From: Mobula hypostoma
Taxonomy: Eukaryota
Direction: 5' to 3'
Length of the DNA stretch: 64,000 nucleotides
NCBI RefSeq assembly: GCF_963921235.1
Contig: NC_086100.1
Coordinates: 162,626,001 to 162,690,000 of the forward strand
The position numbers were made by a program, and so were the translations under genes. Numbering within the stretch: position 1 is the first letter of the stretch; every line of letters begins with the position of its first letter. The notes below the pieces were generated by a model. It searched no databases, was not told the origin of the DNA, and saw nothing but the letters and a program-made list of their open reading frames with translations. This document shows, piece after piece, positions 46,514 to 59,231 of the stretch.

Positions 46514-49500
46514 AAATTTGCTGATGATACAACCATTGTCGGTAGAATCTCAGGTGGTGACGAGAGGATGTACAGGAGTGAGATATGCCAACTACTGGAG
46601 TGGTGCCACAGCAACAACCTGGCACTCAACGTCAGTAAGACAAAAGAACTGATAGTGAACTTCAGGAAGGGTAATACGAAGGAACACATATCAATCCTCA
46701 TAGAGGAATCAGAAGTGGAGAGAGTGAGCAGTTTCAAGTTCCTGGATGTCAAGATCTCTGAGGATCTAACCTGGTCCCAACATATTGGTGCAGTTATAAA
46801 GAGGGCAAGACAGCAGCTATACCTCATTACGAGTCTGAAGAGATTTGGTATGTCAACAAATACACTCGAAAACTTATATAGATGTACACTACTTCATGTT
46901 TTTTAATATACAGTATTTCGGTTTTTGCATTTTTTAATCTATTCAATATACATATATCGGAATTGATTTACTTTATTTATTATTTTTTTTTTTATTTTAT
47001 TTTTTTTTTTCCTCTGCTAGATTATGTATTGCATTGAACTGCTGCTGCTAAATTAACAAATTTCACGTCACAAGCCAGTGATAATAAACCTGATTCTGAT
47101 TCTGATCAACTCAAATCCTTCTATTTGTGAAATGGATGTTGTTCAAGAAGGTCAGGAATTAGGTTGCAGAGTTTATTTTACAGATTGTAGTAGGTGGGAA
47201 AACAGCCAGGATCATACTGTGTGTCTTTTTTCTACAGAAGAATAGTTTGCTTGTTATGTGATGTAATAGCCTCTCAAGTTTGGGAAGACACCAGGATATG
47301 TGACATTTGTTTTATTCTCAGTGCAAGTACAATTCAGAATGCTTTTAGCGGTCTGACTGTCATGGAAAAGCTCTTACCTAATATTTGGACCTTGAAAAGA
47401 ATCCAAAATGAGTTGGTAAAGTGTAATTATTGCTGACCTGCACGTCAGAATTATTTTTTGCTTGCCAGAACAAACTCATTATGTTGAAGGATAAACCTTA
47501 AGGCAGTGCAGGATCTAGACTGTGGTGTGAGGCTTCAGTCTGAACACAGTTCCAACTGACATTTGTATCTCCCCAGGGAGTAGGCCTGTCAGTCTGATCC
47601 TGTCTTCCAAGCAAGTTATCCAGGCTAAGGGAAAATCCCTCCCTGCAGTTTTCAAACACATCTATTGATTTCATTAACAAATTTCAGTGGGACATTCTGA
47701 GGCTTGAAGAGGTGTTGAATAGCTGAAATGGAAAGAAATAATGCTAGGGAAAGAGGTGAGGAAAGAAATAATACAAATGAAAATGAGTAAGTTATACATT
47801 GATAAGATTGATCATTATAAATATAAACATACAAAACTTTATTGAAAATGAATGTGAATCTCTTTTGTTATAAATACAAATATAATATTCAAGTTACAAC
47901 AGTGTCCCATTACTGAGTAGTTTGTCACATAAACAGTTGCACGTCATAAATGCTGCTGTCCAGCAATATAATTCATGATAAGAATAATACAGCCAAGGGC
48001 AACATAGAACAGTACAGCACAGGAACAGGCCTTTCAACCCATGGTCTCCATGCTGGGCATAAAACAAATTCATTGTGCCTGCACAAAATCCATATTCCCT
48101 GCATATCCATCTGCCTACTTAAAAGTCTCTTGAACACCATTACTGAACCTGTGTCCGGGATCATCCCTGAACAGTACTTTCCAGGCACTTATCACTCCCT
48201 GTGTTAAAAAAAAACCTGTCTTGTACACCCCTTTAAATTTTTCCGCTCTCATCTGAAAGCTATGCTCTCCAGCATTTGCCATTTCCTCCCTGGGAAAAAA
48301 GTGAATCTGGTTATCTACCCTATCACAATCTTATAATCATGTATCGGATCTAATGTGTAATTAGACTAGGGTGTTTAACTCGTGCATTCAGATATCTCTG
48401 CATGATGCAGTGATGCTGGGTCTCAGACTGAGATCCCTCATGACAAAAGATGTCTTCAGTTTTGCATCAGTTGGCAAATCGGAATTAGAAGCAGATTTAT
48501 TATCACCGGCATGTGACGTGAAATTTGTTAACTTAGCAGCAGTTCAATGCAATACATAATCTAGCAGAGAAAAAAAAATTAATAATAATAAAAATTTAAA
48601 AATAGTAATGATAAATAACCAAGTATCCATCCCACCAAACTCCCAGACACTTATTCAAGTTTACAAACTGCAGATAAGTTAGCTTTCCTGACTCGAGAAA
48701 GATTCATGCATATACTTACTGTACCTTATCACTTGACATCTTCTTCATAAAAATCATACGATAAAATAACTTAGGGAAAAGCCCACAAAAACTGACTTGG
48801 TGCAAAGGAAAATGCATTAACCAGGCAGTAATTAAATTTGCGGGTGCTTATGAGTGAGTTAATGCTAATTAATCAATAAGGTATGAACTCTTTGGTGTGA
48901 AAATTTTGTATAGTTTTCCGGCATTTCAAATGTCTAAATAATTCCAACAGAAATGCAATGCCTAAAATTTGTTTTGGGCTTTGTTCTGACTCATGTTCTA
49001 TGTGTTTGTTCACTCATAGAAGAACTGGTCTTAAGTATACGTATTGTCCACAAAGTCAAAGTCACGGTCACACCTCTCTCAGAAACCTTGCCTCAGGCTT
49101 CCCCTGCTGAGATATGCTACATATGACACTTTGTTGCTCACTGCTGAAATGAAGGTCAAGTGGAGAATCTTCTATTCTGGATAAATTGAGTTTTGCATGT
49201 GCACCAGAAGGGCATATTTAGTTCCAAGTGTATAGCTCCCCAAAGTGCGGGCATTTACCAGAAAACTCTCATGCCATTACAGCTCCCTGTCTGACCACTT
49301 ATATATGCCCTTTCCAGGTCATGATAGGGCTTCATTCCTGAACGCTATTTGTAACCCAAACAGTTCACAAGTTGTAACTGCAGTTGCCTGGTAATATATT
49401 TAAAGAAAAACATAGGCAACATGCAGTTAAACCAGAGCATTTAACTCAACCATTCAGATTCTGCTGAATTCCCATCATGCCCACAGCACCATACAGCCAG

Positions 49501-49744
49501 CAAACCTATCCTGCTGTTCCCCCAAGCACTGACTATTTTTGTACCAGCTGTACGTTAGTCGGGTGTACAAAACCAGGGCAGAACCTACAAATGCCTCCTG
49601 TGTTCACTGTTCTTCAGAAGATTTTACAGGAGCAAACCAAATGTTCTGGCGCTTGGGAGCTTCAGACTCCTGGGAGTGCACATCTAGCACATTCTCTCGT
49701 GGTTCCAGACCAAGCTCTATACAATCAGCAAAGGTCACTAACAC

Positions 49745-50345
49745 CTCTGCTTTCTGAGGAGGCTGAAGAGAGCCAGACTATGCACATCCATACTCAAGTA
49801 TGCAGTAGGGAGCATCCTAACAAGCTGCATCACTGCATGGTACGGAAACTGCACCGTGACGGACGGGAAGGCTCTACAATGGGTGGTCAAAACTGCCCAA
49901 TGCACCACCGGCACCAACCTACCTACCATCAAGGACATACATACAAAAAGGTGCCAGAAAAGGGCCAGTAACATCATGAAGGATCCCACCCACCCACCCT
50001 GCTCACACTGTCCCATTCCCATCAGGGAGGAGGCTACGTAGCATCCACGCCAGGACCACCACATTCAAAAACAGTTACTTCCCCCAAGCAATAGCTCAGT
50101 GCACTAACCCACCTTTCCACACCCAAAACACTACTACTAGCATCACTTTATGGACATACTATCAATCCATGTATATAAGCTATCTTATGTATTTATACTT
50201 ACTGTGTTTCCTTATTAATATTAGTGTGTTGTGTGTTTTCTTGTGTTTTTTTTTGCTGCATCAAAGCCAGAGTAACAATTATTTTGTTTTCCTTTACACT
50301 TGTGTGCTGAATGTGACATCAAACAATCTTGACCTTGAATCTTAG
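49745..50345 (+). mobile_element. Rex1-like LINE 3' fragment with (CTTGAA)n-type tail
   Basis: SILTSCITAWYGNCT..KALQWVVKTAQ..LPTIKDI..RASNIMKDPTHP. Tail aatcttgaccttgaatctt. Confidence 0.85.
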
Positions 50346-52692
50346 CTATATTGCGGTGTGATTCCTTAAGGACTATTTCCTGAGATTAGGGCTTTGAGCT
50401 GCTAATGTGCGAAATTCGACCCTTATTGTCTTCTCTTTGAGCAGAGCAGCTATAAACAAGATAACCAGTGAGTGTTCCTGATGAACACAGATCTTCCTTT
50501 TATTTCTTAAGATATCTTGGAAACACTTTTAAGGGGATTATTTTTACAGAAGGAGAATGGGAGTGAATTATCTTGGTGTCACAACAATCTCCCCTTAAAA
50601 TATGCCTACAGCTCATGCGCAATTTTTCTACAAAGGTTACTGAATCTCTAGAAGACAATTCACCCTCTCAAGAAGGCTCCCTTCCGTTGTCTCTGTCTAC
50701 ATTTCCTGCTGCTTTGGGAAAGCAGCCAACATAATCAAGGAACAAAGCTCGATCATTTCCTTTTAGTCATCCCTTCCACTGTGAAGAAGATAGAAAATGT
50801 TGAGAATATGCATTGTCAGGCTCAGGAACATCTTCTATCTTGCTGATGTAAGGCTCTTGAATGGGCCTCCAATACAATGAAGATGAACTCTTGAACTCTC
50901 AATCTATCTTACTGCGTCCTTTGCATTTTATTTGCCTACCTGCACTCACTTTTTATGTAACTGTAATCGTAAAAACTATAAAATACAGGAGCAGAGATAG
51001 ACCCCACAGCCCATTGCGTCTCTTCTGCCATTAAACTGGCTGAATTTTTAATGGCTTTCTCTCACCTCTCTCTGTAACTCATTACATCCTTACATAACAA
51101 TCCCTGCATTTATACTCAATGACTTGAACTCCAAAGCCCCTTGGCACAAATTTCCACAGATTCCTCCTTATCTCAGTTTTAAAGAGATGTCTCTTTGTTC
51201 TGAAACTGTGCCGTCAGAACCTGGACTGTCCTTCAAATGGAAAGATCCTCTCCATATCCATTCTGTCCAGGTCTTTCAGTAGCCAATAAGTTACAATGAA
51301 ATGCCCAGTTATTCATCTGACCTCTATAACATTATATTTTGTATTCTGTTTTTTCTCTTTTTGCACTACCTCAATATACTTATGTTTGGAATGATCTGGG
51401 TGAATGTAAACAAAAGCTTTTCTCTGTATCTTCGTGCATTGGACCATAATAAAACAATTACTAATTATCAAGTGCAATTATAGTCAATAAATGCTTGTTT
51501 GCGATTGATACCAATATCTATCTATGATTAAAAAGAGAATCAGATGCTCTTTGTGTTGCAAGTTTAATATGGTAGCAGCGAAATATATTACTAAACTTAC
51601 TGTATGGGTCCTTTTGGGCCTAATTTTTAATATGTATTACAAAAGCACCGCTGAACCAATTCTTGTCTTTGTAGTCCAAAGTTTCCCGTAGAGCTCACAG
51701 TTTCTCGAGGTTTGATCCGAAGACAGACAAATTCACGTCGTCCTCAAGACACTCACTTCTTTAAATCTGCAGCTGAAACTGCCTAAAAGTGCAGATGAAA
51801 GCAAAATATTCAATAGGTCAGGCACCACCATGGAGAGAAACAATATTAATATTGAAGGATTTCTTTATCCACTGATGCTGCCTGATCTCCCTGTTGGAAT
51901 ATTTACTGCTTTCAACTCCCTCGTTCCCTGCCTTTCACTGGTTGAAATCTTTATAGTAGTTTGGTCTTGTGTAGTGTGATTATATTACCATTAAAGGGTG
52001 TTCGCTGATCCCAATACTGGCTTGTGCAAAAAACCATGTTAACACAATTTTTTAACAATAATCACACTATGTTAGGATATTTATGCTGGATTCTATTTGG
52101 CTGTTTATTTTCAGCTGTTCTTCTCCTTTGCTGAGTATATTAGACTTCAAAGTTAGTATCTTGTCATTCATGGTCAGCTGTTATAAGACTATTGCACAGC
52201 CCCAGAGTATGGTAGAATGGGCTTTTGACCTCATAATCTGCCTTTATCACCTTACATCTTATTATCAGCCTGCACTGCACTTTCTCTGTAAGTGTAACAC
52301 TTCACTCTGCACTCTGTTATTGCTTTCCCTTTCATTACCTCAATGCAATGATGTGATTAAATGATCTGTATGTCAAAGTTTTTCATTGTATATCAGTGCA
52401 TGTGACCAGAATAAACCAATTTTAACAACTTGGTATACCAGCTGTAGCTATAAATGCAAAGTTAAATTACCATTAGATTCTTGATGCCCAGTGCATCAAC
52501 AAAGTGGTTGTTACAACATAGTTACACATTTTTAATGAGGACGACTGAACCTAGAACAATCTAGAAGTGACTAGTTAAGAGTAGTTTTTTTACACAAACA
52601 ACAGGAATTCTGCAGATGCTGGAAATTCAAGCAACATACATCAAAGTTGCTGGTGAACGCAGCAGGCCAAGCAGCATCTATAGGAAGAGGTG

Positions 52693-52730
52693 CAGTCGAC
52701 GTTTCAGGCCGAGACCCTTCGTCAGGACTA
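52693..52730 (-). ncRNA. Minimal hammerhead ribozyme motif (mirror copy)
   Basis: Exact reverse complement of 52758-52795 within the left arm. Confidence 0.68.
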
Positions 52731-52757
52731 ACTGAAGGAAGAGAGTCTTCCTTCAGT

Positions 52758-52795
52758 TAGTCCTGACGAAGGGTCTCGGCCTGAAACGTCGACTG
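52758..52795 (+). ncRNA. Minimal type I hammerhead ribozyme motif (Penelope-type)
   Basis: Stem I tagtc/gactg, core CTGACGA (52763-52769), short stem II agggtctcggcct, GAAA (52783-52786), self-complementary ACGT stem III and GTC cleavage triplet ending 52790. Activity untested. Confidence 0.7.
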
Positions 52796-53124
52796 CACCT
52801 CTTCCTATAGATGCTGCTTGGCCTGCTGCATTCACCAGCAACTTTGATGTATGTTGTTACTTAAGAGTAGTTATTTAGTTACAAGATGATTTACATACTT
52901 AAACTCCAGAGAAAGGTGCCTTTTTATGTTAATACCAGTTTAATTTATGAGCCTCTTGAATTCTTGAATTCCCTGAACTCACATTGGAATTAATGAAATC
53001 TGGAGCTTTGTCAGAAAATAATTTTTACATAATTCTTTTTATATATAAAGGGAAATACTGGAAATACTCAACAAGTCAGGCTGTATCTGTGTGCTGAGAG
53101 AAGCAATAATCATGTTTTAGTATT

Positions 53125-55277
53125 ACAGTGGAGTAAAGGGAATTAAGGCAGCATGAGAGAGGAGCTGGCCAAAATTAATTGGAAGAGGACATTAGCAGGG
53201 ATGATGGTAAAGCAACAATGGCTGGAGTTTCAGTGAACAAGCCGAAATACACAGGATAAAGAAGAGGTTGCATTCAAAAGGCAGGATGATGCAACCATGG
53301 CTGACAAAGGAATTCAAAACCAACATAAAAGCCAACAAGAGGGCATATAATAGAGCAAAAATTAGTGGGAAGTTGGAGAATTGGGAAGCTTTGACAAATT
53401 AACAGAACCAACTAAAAAGTCATAAAGAAGGAAAAGAAGAAATACCAATGTAAGCTAGTCCGTAATATTAAAGAGGATACCAAAAGTTGTTTCAGATATA
53501 TAAAGTGTAAAAGAGATACGAGAGTAGATATCAGATTACGGAAAATTATGCACAAGAGGTAGTAATGAGGAAAAAGGAAATGACAGATGAAGTGAATAAG
53601 TATTTTGCTTCAGTCTTCACTGTGGAAGACACTAGCAGTATGGCAGAAGTTCGAGATTGTCAGGGGTAGAAGTGAGTGAAGTTGCTGTTACTAGGGAAAA
53701 GGTTCTCGGGAAATTGGAAGGTCTGAAGGTAGATAAATCACTTGGATCAGGTGGTCTACACCCCAGGGTTCTGAAAAAAGGTGGCTGAAGAGATTGCAGA
53801 GCCATAAGTAATGATCTTTCAAGAATCAATCAATTCTGGCATGGTTCCAAAGGGCTGGAAAATTCCAAATGTTACTCCACTGTTCAAGACTGGAGAGAGG
53901 CAGAACAAAGGAAATTATGGGCCAGTTAGCCCATCATCAGTGTTTGGGAACATGTTGCTGTGGAGATGTGGTTTTGGGGTACTTGGAGGCACATGATAAA
54001 ATAAGCATGGTTTCCTCAAGGGAAATGACAAGCAGGATAGACAAAGGAAAATCAGTGGATGTTGTATACTTGGATCTTCTGAAGGCCTTTGCCAAGATGC
54101 CGCGCATTTAGCTGCTTAACAATTTAAGAGCCCATGGTATTACAGGAAAGATACTAGCATAGGTAGAGCATAAGCTGATTGGCAGGAGGCAAAGTGTGGG
54201 AATAAAGGGAGCCCTTTCTGCTCAGCTGCCGGTGACTAGTGGTGTTGTACATGGGTCTGTGTTAGGACTGCTTATTTTCACATTGCAAGTCAAAGATTTG
54301 GATGATGGAATTGATGGCTTTGTGGCCAAGTTTGCAGATGATATGAAGATAGGTGGAGGGGTAGGCAGTGTTTCAGAAGCAAAGAGGCTACAGAAGGACT
54401 TAGACAGATTAGGAGAATGGGCAAAGATGTGGCAGATGGAATACAGTGTCAGGAAGTATATGGTCATGCACTTTGGTAGAAGAAATAAAAGTGTAGTCTA
54501 CTTTCTAAATGGAGAGAAAATTCAAAAACCTGAGGTGCAAAGGGACTTGGTAGTCCTTGTGCAGGATTCCCTAAAGGTTAATTTGCAGGTTGAGTCAGTG
54601 GTGAGGAAGGCAGGTGCAATGTTAGCACGCATTTCAAGAGCAATAGAATATAAAAGCAAGGATGTAATGTTGAGGCTTTATTAGGTGCGGGTGAGGCCTC
54701 ACTTGGAGTATTGCACGGGTGAGGCCTCACTTGGAATATTATAAACAGTTTTGGGCCTCTTATCTAAGAAGGAATATGCTGATACTGGAGAGGATTCATG
54801 AAAATGATTCAGGATGGACAGGCTTGTCATATGAGGAGAGATTGATGGCTCTGGGCCTCTACTGTTTGGAATTCAGAAGAATTAAGGGAGATCTCGTTGA
54901 AGCCTTTTGAATGTTGGAAGGCCTCGATTGATTGGATGTGGAGAGGATATTTCCTCTGTTGGGGGAGTCTATGACCAGAGGATGTAGCCCCAGAATAGGG
55001 GGATGTCCATTTAGAATGGAGATGAGAATGATTTCCTTCAACCAGAGAGTGGTGAATCTGTAGAATTCATTGCTACAGGCAGCTATGGAGGCTAAATCAT
55101 CGGGTATATTTAAGGCAGAGATTGATAGATTTTTGGTTAGTCAGGGCATGAAGGGATATGAGGAGAATGCAGAAGATTGGGGCTGAAAGGGAAATGAATT
55201 AGCCATGATGAATTGGAGGAGCATACTCCATGGGCCAAATGGCCGAATTTTGTTCCTATATCTTATAGTCTTATGGT
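53125..55277 (+). mobile_element. CR1 LINE, about 2.15 kb, frameshifted, with an internal ~28-bp tandem duplication near 54689-54745
   Basis: WKIPNVTPLFK, VVYLDLLKAF, VTSGVVHGSVLG, KFADDMKIGG and RPHLEY. Tail tcttatagtcttatggt. Confidence 0.93.
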
Positions 55278-57134
55278 GAGACCAATGACCTTTCATTAGT
55301 TTTTTTTCTGATAAATGTTGATCAACTTTCATCTCAAACAGATCATTTGAACTAAGATGATGAGAGACGTAGATAAAGTAGAGAGTCAAAATCTTTTTCC
55401 CATTTTTGGGGTATATATCCAGAAACAAGAGTACATAGGTTTAAGTTAAGAGGAAGGAGTCTTAAAAGGGGATCTGAGGGATAAGTTTTTTTTTACACGG
55501 AGGACAACTGATATCTGAAATGTACTGGAATCAGACACAATTATTACCTTGAAAAAGCATATAGTCAGGTGCTTAATTTGACAAAGTATGGAAGGATACG
55601 GCCTTAATGCAGACAAATAGGATTTATGTAGATGGCCATAAAGGTTGGCATGGACACGCTAAGCTGAAATGTCTGCTTCTGTGCGTACAACTCTGTGACT
55701 CTTTGACTTGAAGCATAAGCCCTATTGCCCGACCACAAATATCTGATTTCTACAGTTGTAGTGTTTTACTTTTGGTATTGAAGAGGCAATTTACAGTGGT
55801 CAGTTAATCTAAAAGCTTGCATGCCTTTGGGTTATGGAAAGAAACTGGAGCACTCGGAGAAAATGCAGTTGATTACCAGAAGAGCACGCAAACTCCACGC
55901 AGACAGCAGCAGATGTCAGGACTTAAACCAGATCACAGGTTCTCTGAAGCAGTGGATCTACACTGTGCTTAAATGCCAAATTTATAGGTTCTTCATTATA
56001 CTGGTGATTAGGAGTAATAGGATCCTGAGAAAGATCATGTTGTGAAATCCTACAAACATACAGCAGAGATTTAATGAGATAAACTAGCAATATAACAGGT
56101 TCTCTTGAACCATCAAGCCGGCTCTGTCATTCATTATGTCACAGCTATTCTAATTGTAGTTTAAATTCTATATTTCCATGAATCCAGCTAACCATTCGTT
56201 CCCTTCTTTATCCAACTCATCCCCAATCACTGTTTTGTTCCTAAAGCCTTGAAAGTTAAATTCACTTTCACAATTTCTCGTGGAGTCTGATTTCACCATT
56301 TTACAGATTGTGTATTGAGATCTTAACAACCCTCTGAAACAAATATTTTTGCCCCAGAAGCAATCAAGCTGCCTCAGTTCCAATAACACAGTGGGGATGG
56401 GAGTAGAGGTAGATTTGTCTTTGGCTTATCTTCTAGGCTCCTTGTATCATCGAGTCAGAACTACTTTACATTCAATTTGAAATCTTCTGTTACTTAGCTT
56501 GCAAAAACCTTTGGTGATATTTAATAATGACCTCTAGATGTTCATTGTTCCAAGATTAAAATTTTCCGTAATGTTTCTCTGCATTGACCTTTCATACCTC
56601 AGCAAATTTTTGCTTATGCCATTTCCAAGACTTTCCAGCTTACTCTTGATCCTTTCGCAGGATATTTGTCATTGCATATTATGCTGTCGTCATTAGACTT
56701 CCTTATTAACATGAGAATTTTAAATGAGAAAGATTTCCATTTGGTGGACCTCTACATAACAGAGAGTGCCAACATTCAAAGGATGTCATTGAACATAGAA
56801 CATAGAACCATACAGCACAGAAGTAGGACTCTTGGATAAAGCAGTTCTCAGGTCAACAAGAATTGTACTTTATCGCGCCAACAGGAAGGCAAAACAGGAT
56901 TATTCACAGAGAATATAGACCCATTTCTGTGACACCAGAGACACAATGCACATGTGGCAGAGCATGGACTACAAGTCCACCCTGCACGTCAATGACAGTG
57001 ATGTTACTCTTCCTAATAGGCTGACTGTCTTTTACTGTAGGCCTAGTTTGACACACAGAACGATGTGCCTCCTTTCCCTCTTCCCGTCCCCCAAAGAGCA
57101 GGCACTCGGGAACTGTAGAATGCCAGAGTTGAAG

Positions 57135-57642
57135 CTGGCCTCTTACCTTTTCTCCTCAACCTGCCTATCAGCTCCCTCCAGGGACTCTCCTCCTTCCCTT
57201 TCCCCCTTGGTTCACCCTCCTCTCCTATCAGGTTCCTTTTTCTCCGGCCCTTTAACCTTTTCCACCTCTCACCTCCCAGCTTCTTACGTCATTGTCCCTT
57301 TGCACCCATCTGGCTTCACCTATCACCTTCCAGCTCCAGGACTGGGGAAGGACCTCAGCCTGAAACACCAACTCTTTACTTTTTTCCATAGATGCTGCCT
57401 GGCCTGCTGAGTTCCTCTATCATTTTCTGGGTGTAGATTTGGATTTCCAGCATCTGCAAATTTTCTCATGTTCGGGACCTTCTAGTTTATCCTCCTTCCC
57501 CTCCACCCACCTTCTTATTTCGGCATCTTCCCCTTTCCTTTCCAATCCAAAATGTTTGCAGCCCAAAATGTTGACCATTTGTTCATTTCCATAGCTGCTG
57601 TTTGACCCAGCTGAGTTCCTCCAGCATTTTGTGTGTGTTGCT
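57135..57642 (+). mobile_element. Partial tandem Penelope-like 3' tract and pseudo-LTR copies
   Basis: Two successive units ending in (ca)tag(a/c)tgctg...gctgagttcctc...gcattttgtgtgtgttgct-like sequence with pyrimidine tracts. This is the partial-tandem layout typical of Penelope. Confidence 0.75.
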
Positions 57643-59119
57643 ATGATCACACTGACCACTTTAATCATGCTGCACTAAAATGGATTTTTTTGTTCTAATT
57701 GTGTTCTTTCTTGTAAAAGTTGTTTAATTTGTGTTTAATTTATGTTTTACTTACGAAAGCCGCTTATAAGATGCTATGTGTCTGTGATTCTGCTGCAGGC
57801 AATTGTTCTATTGTACATGTGCCTACAACAATAAATTTGACTTTGATTTTAGAATGCACATGGTAATTAAGCATGAATAAACGTTGAGGAAGGGCACTTG
57901 TGGAGGAGTACAACTGGGCATTGCAAAGTTAGAAGCAAGCAGTCCTTATGATGGACTGTATATGAATTTAAAATCATGCTTTGGATTAATCAGAGCACTG
58001 ATAATGAAGAGGTGTGGGTTAGGATGGTTTAAAAAAAAGAGCAATTCCAAGATAGTGATGAGGAAGAAAAGAAAGAGGCTACCTTTGTCAGTAATTACCC
58101 CAAAGAATGAGATGATGTTTTGACCTTACAAGCACACATTTGTTAGAATTTTTTTAGGAAAATATGAGGTCTCCCACACACTCCTGGGTTGAAAGAGGCA
58201 GAATTTTCCCAGTGTGAAACTGGTAAAAACTTATGCCCCACCTGAGGTTATGTATTGAAATGATGTGGTGTAATGTTGGTACTGCACAGTTTTAATTACT
58301 AGGTAGGTTTGTGTCTACAATGGGGAACATTATGGCAATTCTTAATTAGCTTATAATATAAAGTTAATGATATTCTACTAAATTTCCAGCATATGATGTT
58401 ATTCTGTGGTGTTATTAGCAGCTACATTTTGAACATTGTAAAAGTGTAGAGTTAGAAAGTATTAAGCATTGAGTTGAAAAGTAAGCATATTCCAATATGA
58501 ATGGTTTTGATTGCATGAATTGGAAATATCAGTGGTTATCAATTTTTGATTTGGTTGTGTGCCTTGGTCTAAACCACCACTGGTTGGACAACCCCACTAA
58601 GATTTAATGTGATTTATCAGCCTACCTCTAACATGACATGCTGCAGTTTCCATTAAACATGGCCAAATTAAATTGTTCTCCTGCGTGTTTCTATTCTCAG
58701 TAATACTTTATGCTCTGGGTGATGTGCGATTTCATCCTGGAAAAAAATGTACAATTTGCAGCCATCAGTCTGTGTGTCTCTTTGCTCACGTTTAATTTAC
58801 AGAATTCGTAGCCTCTGTTCCCAGTAATGTGTAATCAACTGTGGCATTCTACAGCTCTTGCAATCACATCCCAATAGATTTGTTTGTCCATCTCACTGCC
58901 AGCTTTGCTTTCTCTGTTCTACTTTCTCCCCATGTTGCTTGTCTTTTCTCACTGCTGTTTCAACTCCCTGGTTAGCATATTGTAAGCTCATCCACCATAG
59001 AAGGCTCTATCCATACCACTGTCAGATCATTGTGTAAGTCAGCAATTGAGAAAATGCTGTGGATATTTACCTTTGTTAACTAAGGAATTATTTAGGAAAA
59101 ACGCAGACTCGTATACCAA

Positions 59120-59231
59120 TGAACACAATGTGCTGGAAGAGCTCAGCAGGTGAGGCAGCATCTATGTGCTCCTACAGCATGTTCTGTATGTTGCTCGAGA
59201 TGTCCAGCATCTGCGGTACCTCTTGTGTCTA
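59120..59231. mobile_element. Penelope-derived fold-back mini-element with 15-bp TSD
   Basis: Inverted then direct pseudo-LTR ends. Flanked by agactcgtataccaa (59105-59119) and agactcatataccaa (59232-59246). Confidence 0.82.

Larger units (their letters stand above)
43400..46890 (+). mobile_element. Older Rex1/Babar LINE (host; end of endonuclease plus RT), interrupted at its YKFADD motif
   Basis: TRRNNTLDHCYT...LGKSDH (APE end), [25 protein letters not shown] and [11 protein letters not shown]. Resumes at 46510 with YKFADDTTIVG...LNVSKTKEL. Confidence 0.93.
52587..52860. mobile_element. Young Penelope-derived palindromic mini-element with 12-bp TSD
   Basis: Arms 52632-52742 and 52746-52856 (111 bp, one mismatch) with loop gag. 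Flanked by ttaagagtagtt at 52575-52586 and 52861-52872. Confidence 0.93.
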
